Shown here: positions 58,482-64,000 of the stretch, one piece after another
Position numbering within the stretch: the stretch's first letter is position 1
Layout: each line of letters starts with the position of its first letter
IMG/VR virus record: IMGVR_UViG_3300033148_007251
Location: 11,280 to 75,279 of that record
From: a virus
Strand: one strand, 5' to 3'
Length of the DNA stretch: 64,000 bases
Notes under the pieces: model-generated
Database searches by the model: none
Told to the model about the DNA's origin: nothing
Seen by the model: the letters and a program-made list of their open reading frames with translations, nothing else
Made by a program: the position numbers and the translations under genes

Positions 58482-59204
58482 TTATCCTTTTTTTTGATTT
58501 ATATTTAGAATTGGTAAAAATCCCATCATTATTGGTTTTATTTTTGTTGAACAATTATAGTGTTTAATATTGCCTTTTGGATAAGACAAAAGGGTTAATT
58601 TAAAATCATTTTTCATTTCTTTTTTTTGTCTTTTGTTCCCATGAAAATATACATATCTGTATTTAGGTTTGCATATGATTTTTTTGTATCCAAGGGATTC
58701 CATTTCATATTGTTTATCGGTATTGTATAATCCACAAATGGTTCTTCGATGATATTGAATTCCGTCCCTTTCCCAAACAACTGATGTCGCCTCACCGGTA
58801 TAATGCCAATTTAAAGCTTGATAAATATAACCAACATGATTTTGTCCACTATCAGCATAACTTACCAATAATGTTGGTTGTGGTAATTGTTTGATTGCTC
58901 GTGAACAAAACCATGTAGCTACATTTTTACGTTCATTTTTGGGAAGGTCAATGCACAATCTATTGAATTCTAATGTGTTATATTTACCGTGACATAAATC
59001 TTTCAAACGATAATTCGCGCCAACCCCAAAAGTAATAATCCCCACTACTTTATTTTGATTCATAAGACCAAATCCATATGAAACTTGAGGAACTTTTCCG
59101 GCATAATGTTTCTTAATACACCATTGTTTAATAATTTTGTTATCTGGAAATCGTATAATTGTGTAATTCATATTATTATACCAATTTAAGTTTTTTATCT
59201 TCAT
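58482..59204 (-). CDS. Mom-family DNA modification enzyme (GNAT-like)
   Basis: HYA, VGIITFG, EFNRL, LVSYAD..QNH.GYIYQALNW.YTG. Confidence 0.8.
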   Translation of the reverse strand: MKIKNLNWYNNMNYTIIRFPDNKIIKQWCIKKHYAGKVPQVSYGFGLMNQNKVVGIITFGVGANYRLKDLCHGKYNTLEFNRLCIDLPKNERKNVATWFCSRAIKQLPQPTLLVSYADSGQNHVGYIYQALNWHYTGEATSVVWERDGIQYHRRTICGLYNTDKQYEMESLGYKKIICKPKYRYVYFHGNKRQKKEMKNDFKLTLLSYPKGNIKHYNCSTKIKPIMMGFLPILNINQKKG

Positions 59205-59715
59205 TTTCTACAAGAATATTAAATTTAATAAGTGTCCCTAATGAAATATTAGCAATATTAGTTGCTTTAAATTTAGCAGTCCCTCCATTTTTTCTATATA
59301 ATTCATTCGACCTTTCCATTATTTCTTTTCTGGTTGCACCTGATATGCAAAGTTCTTTTATTGCTTGGTGATAAAGTGATATCCTTGATATTTTTTTATC
59401 TTTTGTTATTGACTGTTCTACTTCAAGTTCTACTTCAGGTTCTACTTCAGGTTCTACTTCAAGTTCTACTTCAGGTTCTACTTTTATTATAACTTCTTCA
59501 TAAATCCAAGGCAATTTTACACCAAGGGTAACCAATACTTTTTGGGTATCATCAGATAATTCATCTTTATCGTCTTCCAACAAACTGTTTCCAATTTCCT
59601 TTAGATCCTTTTTCAATGAATCTATGTTTTCTATCTTGATAGGCGGATCAAATAATTTATCTAAATTACTTGCTGCATTTTTCATCATATCTATCGTTAA
59701 TTCTTTTTCATTCAT
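59176..59715 (-). CDS. Hypothetical protein with VE(P/L)E repeat linker
   Basis: 12-bp repeats at ~59415-59481. Confidence 0.6.
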   Translation of the reverse strand: MNEKELTIDMMKNAASNLDKLFDPPIKIENIDSLKKDLKEIGNSLLEDDKDELSDDTQKVLVTLGVKLPWIYEEVIIKVEPEVELEVEPEVEPEVELEVEQSITKDKKISRISLYHQAIKELCISGATRKEIMERSNELYRKNGGTAKFKATNIANISLGTLIKFNILVENEDKKLKLV

Positions 59716-59719
59716 AATT

Positions 59720-60256
59720 TTATCCCTTTTTTAGTTTAATATATCTGTTCATAAACATTTTAAAAGCATCCAATGGAAATAAACATTTTATTTTAATGTC
59801 TAACGAATCTTTTTTTAAGTGAGGCCAAGGTTCTACATATGGCGTCATTAATTGTAACGATTCCGTTGTAAGCATTGCACTATCTATTTTTTTAATAGAC
59901 TCATCAAACGGATAAGGAATATTTATTTTTGTACAAATGCACTTCATTAATTTTTCTTCAACCGGTTTAATATTTGGGAAAAGTTGTTTAATTGGCGTCG
60001 CTATGTCACCAATATATGCTTCAGCACCATCATGAAATAGACCTTGCATTGCATATTTTTCAGGCACATTTTCACTTACGTATACTGAATGCTCCGCCAC
60101 GGAATAAAAGCCGAAAGAATGACCATTATACCGACAAATATTCGAAAGCGACCACGCAATGTCTTCGATCTCTATATCTTCTGGTTTAGGTGAAAACGGA
60201 TAAATTTTCTTTCCTAAAAAAGTCTGTATCCAACTATCATCAATTTTATTATTCAT
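59720..60256 (-). CDS. HD-domain 5'-deoxynucleotidase (YfdR-like)
   Basis: IEDIAWSLSNICRYNGH, YSVAEHS, LFHDGAEAYIGD. Confidence 0.88.
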   Translation of the reverse strand: MNNKIDDSWIQTFLGKKIYPFSPKPEDIEIEDIAWSLSNICRYNGHSFGFYSVAEHSVYVSENVPEKYAMQGLFHDGAEAYIGDIATPIKQLFPNIKPVEEKLMKCICTKINIPYPFDESIKKIDSAMLTTESLQLMTPYVEPWPHLKKDSLDIKIKCLFPLDAFKMFMNRYIKLKKG

Positions 60257-60405
60257 GATTCCCCACTTTTATTATATTGCGCACCTTGTAATGAACCAAG
60301 TATTTTACACTCTTTGAATAATCGTTTAATTTCATCTTCTGCTTGTTCTTTTAATTCACCAAAGCAGCGCTTCCATTCTTCTTGCTCAGTGATGTTATCA
60401 CCCAT

Positions 60406-60594
60406 TTAATTATTTCCTTTCTTGGAATATCCATCAGATGCCCATCCCTGCCCATTTAAAACAAAGTTGGTACAAGAGACTTTCTTTTTCATAATGTCCC
60501 CGCAAATTGGACATGATGGAATATCAGCGTCCGTTTCAAGGATTATCTCTTCATCATATTTACAGCCCTGGCAATACAGGTCAAAAATTGGCAT
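60406..60594 (-). CDS. FmdB-family zinc-ribbon protein
   Basis: MPIFDLYCQGC...CPICG...F.LNGQGW..DGY. Confidence 0.85.
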   Translation of the reverse strand: MPIFDLYCQGCKYDEEIILETDADIPSCPICGDIMKKKVSCTNFVLNGQGWASDGYSKKGNN

Positions 60595-60920
60595 TTTATC
60601 TCCTTTAAATTATTTCTGTTTCACAATCAATGATTTTGGCTATGTCTATTGCATGCATTTTTGTCAAGAAAACCTTAGCATCCATAAGTATTCCTGTCCA
60701 ATAAAATCCACCTTCGTACTCTTCAAGATATATATCATCATATTTCTTCTTTATTATATGGGTCATTTTGTTTCCTCTCTTATTTTCCGCATTTCTTCAA
60801 CAATTTTTAGTGTCACAGACATACAAGTGCTGAATATTCGGGCTACCTTATCTGGATGTGTTTCGCTATCTGATAATTTTATTATTGATTCTACTATTTG
60901 GTTTATATTCATTGTCATTG

Positions 60921-61865
60921 TTATGTTTCTTCTTTCGGTAGTTGAATATCTGTATAACGTTCATTTCGTTTGATGCAACCGATTGTTGAATTACTGATAT
61001 TAAATTTTTCTGCTATTTCTCTTTGTGAAATTTTATTCAATAACATTTTTCTAACTTCTAAAATTTGTTTATCTGTAAGTTTACGTTTACCTTTTAATAA
61101 ATCATTCAAACCTACACCTGGTGTTTGTATCCATGAATAATGTTCACCTCTCTTGATGCTTCCAATAGTTGATTGAACAACATTAAATTTTTTAGCTATA
61201 TCTTTTTGAAAAACACCATTAATTAACATTTGTTTTATTTCAATAATTTGTTCTTTTGAAAAAATGCTTAATGTTTTTGCTATTTTTTGTTTTGTTTTAT
61301 TGGATTTATTTTGTTGTGCAATTGACATATTTTGTTTTGCCTCTTTTGAACATACAAATCCCTTACGTGTCTCAGACATCTTTTTACGAGTTTCATTTGA
61401 AACAATTTTATTCTTATTTGATTCACTTATTTTTTTACGTGTCTCCAAGGACATATTTAATTTTGCATCAGACATTTTTTTTCGAGTTTTTTCAGACACG
61501 AAACGATTTTTACTCATTTTTCCTATTTTTTTACGTGTTTCTAAAGAATATAAACGACCTAACGTTCCTTCTCCACCATCTGTAAGATTATAACCATTTG
61601 GCGCCTTAGTATTAAATATTTTTATATATTCTGTTTCTTCTTCACATAATTCTTTCCATGAATTACATTCAAATATTATTTCATGTTTAAAATTTTCTTT
61701 ACCGTGTTTTTTTATTGTTCTATGTAAATATGAATTTGTATTGTGTGAATTAAAATGAACTTGCATTCGCTTTTTATAATTAGTTGTTATACCAATATAG
61801 GATTTTCCACTATCTATGTGAGAAATCCTATAAACTACAAATTCTTTTGGTTTATCTTTCTTCAT
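60921..61865 (-). CDS. GIY-YIG homing endonuclease (NUMOD3, HTH)
   Basis: VVYRISH...YIGIT, GYNLTDGGEG; likely start is ATG 61865. Confidence 0.9.
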   Translation of the reverse strand: MKKDKPKEFVVYRISHIDSGKSYIGITTNYKKRMQVHFNSHNTNSYLHRTIKKHGKENFKHEIIFECNSWKELCEEETEYIKIFNTKAPNGYNLTDGGEGTLGRLYSLETRKKIGKMSKNRFVSEKTRKKMSDAKLNMSLETRKKISESNKNKIVSNETRKKMSETRKGFVCSKEAKQNMSIAQQNKSNKTKQKIAKTLSIFSKEQIIEIKQMLINGVFQKDIAKKFNVVQSTIGSIKRGEHYSWIQTPGVGLNDLLKGKRKLTDKQILEVRKMLLNKISQREIAEKFNISNSTIGCIKRNERYTDIQLPKEET

Positions 61866-61911
61866 GCTTCTATTATACAAGATTCGTTTTGTTTTTTACG
61901 ACTTTATTTTA

Positions 61912-62955
61912 TTATTCCAAATTAAATCCCTTAAGTCCCTTTTTGACTGACAATAAATTTTTAAGTGCCGTTTTATAATAACTGGCCTTCAATTCTATCC
62001 CAATTGTTTTGCGACCCATTTTTAAAGCAATATATGATTCTGAACCAACTCCAAGAAATGGAGTCAAAACAACATCCCCAGGATTACTCCAAAGAGAAAT
62101 ACATCTTTCTATAACTTGTGTTTGCAAGGGACACAAATGTTTTTCGTCTCCAGATTCTCTGGCCATCTTAGCATTTAGGGTTTTAGTCTGATTTATATCG
62201 TCCCAAACGCTCGCCGCATATCGCCGCCAGATCTTATGACTAAAAGTATTCTTTCCCTGAATCTCATTCTTTTCATTTTCATCAGGAACGTGACCATCAC
62301 CAATGTAAGTTTCAAATCCGTTTTTGTGTGTTACGGGTTCAGGATTTTCGCCCGGCTTCTTAATTGTTAGAACATAGTCTGGAAGCCCATTTCTGCACCT
62401 TGTACTATCTTTACATATCTGTTTATGGAGCAGGCCTATGGCCTTTGTTCTCACCGCCTCTAATAAAGGATCTTTTGTGATCATAACTTTTGAATGATAT
62501 ATAAATCCAGCTTCCTGAAATGCTCTCAAAATGATACCAGGAAAATCCTTTAATCCTATGACACCATCTTTTTCTTTCATAGATGGTATATCGCTGCAAT
62601 GGATAGACATCAACCGTCCTGGCATCATTGTTCTATATAATTCTGGAATCAAAAATTTGAAGTGTTCATAGAATTCGGAATCAGTACAATTCCCCATATC
62701 ATGAGAAGAATTTGAATAGCAAAAAAGATTAGAAAATGGCGGAGAATAAATTGAATAATGTATCGAATTAGATGGAACGCCTTTTAATACCTCTATGCAA
62801 TCACCATTATAAATCGAAAATTTATCTGTTATATGTTGATCGAATACAACCCTAATACTTTTATCATCTGCCCAGTCACTTTCATATAATTTGGATCTTG
62901 ATTCCTTTAATTTTTGCTCATAAAATTCTATTTCATTAATTATTTCATTATTCAT
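61912..62955 (-). CDS. DNA methyltransferase, N4/N6 family (SPPF)
   Basis: GDCIEVL, YSPPF, HLCPLQ, VLTPFLGVGSE, GIELK. Confidence 0.92.
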   Translation of the reverse strand: MNNEIINEIEFYEQKLKESRSKLYESDWADDKSIRVVFDQHITDKFSIYNGDCIEVLKGVPSNSIHYSIYSPPFSNLFCYSNSSHDMGNCTDSEFYEHFKFLIPELYRTMMPGRLMSIHCSDIPSMKEKDGVIGLKDFPGIILRAFQEAGFIYHSKVMITKDPLLEAVRTKAIGLLHKQICKDSTRCRNGLPDYVLTIKKPGENPEPVTHKNGFETYIGDGHVPDENEKNEIQGKNTFSHKIWRRYAASVWDDINQTKTLNAKMARESGDEKHLCPLQTQVIERCISLWSNPGDVVLTPFLGVGSESYIALKMGRKTIGIELKASYYKTALKNLLSVKKGLKGFNLE

Positions 62956-62959
62956 TTTT

Positions 62960-63202
62960 TTATTTATCCTTATTAATCTTTTTAAAAAAACAATTATATA
63001 CACCTTGACCATAAATATACCAAAAGTATAAACTAACAATAAAAATTCCCCACTGATTATTTGAATAAGACGTATAAACCCAAAATGGTTGCATAAATAC
63101 ACCAACAACAAAGCCCCATTTTCTGCAGGGCTTTGTTGTTGATAAAAAAGATATGCAAGTGCAACTTGCAATCAAAATTATTATTTGAACAATTATATCC
63201 AT
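62960..63202 (-). CDS. Small membrane protein
   Basis: Three hydrophobic segments, WGF...QPFW...QWGIF. Confidence 0.6.
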   Translation of the reverse strand: MDIIVQIIILIASCTCISFLSTTKPCRKWGFVVGVFMQPFWVYTSYSNNQWGIFIVSLYFWYIYGQGVYNCFFKKINKDK

Positions 63203-64000
63203 TTTGGCAAATCCATTTTTACGTTTGGATTATATTCTTCTTTCTCTCTCGTTGCACTACCTAATTCTCTTTTTGTAATATCTTTCATGTATATAACCAT
63301 GCTTGCTATCATTTCTTTTGCTTGGGCATCTTTACGTTGTATATTTTTTAGGACGGCTCCCTCACGTTCTTCAATGATTATATGAATATCGACCTCTTTT
63401 TTTTGACCAAAGCGCCATATGCGGCGCACGGCCTGATAGAATTGTTCCCATGAATCTGAAAGACCAACAAAAATTGCTTTATTACATATTTGAAGATTTA
63501 ATCCAAGCCCTGCTATTTTGGGTTTTGTTACCATTCTTTTTAAATTTCCATTAGCAAAACTTAACATCCTTGATGTTTTAACTTCATTAGAATGTTTTCC
63601 TGCTACTTCTTGTGCCTCATCAATTAATTTTGTGAGCAACTCGGATTCGGGATTAAGATTACACCAAATCACCCATCTGTCATCGGTAAAATTTATAAGT
63701 TTTGCTGCTTCTTGACATCTAATATTAATTGTTTCTCTTCGTATTTTCTGACGATCATTTAATTTTCGTTTTATTTCAACAAATAATCCATAATTTGGTT
63801 TTGATTTAGTTTTAATTATATGTTGATGATAGTGAATTTTTGGAAGCTCAAAACCCTTGTCTTCAAATCCAATATCGGACGGTTTTGTTATCATAACTGA
63901 CCATGATGCCATCCAAGACCAAAAAATATTTTCTTTTACGTGCCCCTTAAGACGCCAAGTCCCTGTATTGGCAGTGTCATTAATGAAAAAAGTTGAAAGC
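63193..64000 (-). CDS. SF2/SNF2-like helicase C-terminal part (methylase-associated), truncated by window edge
   Basis: Frame open to the edge (WRLKGH..FWSWMASW); TKPKIAGLGLNLQ, YQAVRRIWRFGQ. Confidence 0.88.
   Translation of the reverse strand, partial: LSTFFINDTANTGTWRLKGHVKENIFWSWMASWSVMITKPSDIGFEDKGFELPKIHYHQHIIKTKSKPNYGLFVEIKRKLNDRQKIRRETINIRCQEAAKLINFTDDRWVIWCNLNPESELLTKLIDEAQEVAGKHSNEVKTSRMLSFANGNLKRMVTKPKIAGLGLNLQICNKAIFVGLSDSWEQFYQAVRRIWRFGQKKEVDIHIIIEEREGAVLKNIQRKDAQAKEMIASMVIYMKDITKRELGSATREKEEYNPNVKMDLPKWI

Noticed and set aside
60422-61593. Plus-strand ORFs in the replication arm
   Set aside because: Antisense shadows of Lys-rich minus-strand genes
62956-63171. Hydrophobic N-terminal extension of the methylase
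   Set aside because: Overlaps the separate membrane-protein ORF; MNNEII at 62955 is the more plausible start
1-64000. Stop-codon reassignment
   Set aside because: Core genes are full length in the standard code, and TAA, TAG and TGA all end genes

Overview
64 kb internal window of an AT-rich tailed dsDNA phage with an HK97-type head and a long non-contractile tail (TMP of 855 aa, no sheath gene). The host is probably an anaerobic Gram-negative bacterium, inferred from class III nrdD and sigma54-type promoters. There are three blocks. (i) 1-14.5 kb, minus strand: small early genes, a sigma-like factor, SNF2 helicase, primase, nrdD and GIY-YIG endonucleases. (ii) 15.5-43.4 kb, plus strand: packaging, head, tail and lysis genes, with a large glycosyltransferase inside the tail module. 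(iii) 43.5-64 kb, minus strand: DnaE, clamp, clamp loader, SSB, RecA, endonuclease VII, split SbcC with SbcD, a Mom-like enzyme and a DNA methylase. No integrase, repressor, reverse transcriptase or CRISPR array was seen. The strongest unannotated signal is in non-coding RNA. Two complete type III hammerhead ribozymes (13012-13065, 13299-13354) flank a 55-aa ORF downstream of a sigma54 promoter; double cleavage would release a 288-nt unit that could circularise. Other candidates are an anticodon-less tRNA with its own promoter, a double T-loop RNA, a duplicated three-way-junction leader in the head genes and a ~350-nt structured RNA upstream of terS. All calls were made by eye from motifs; no searches or folding programs were run.
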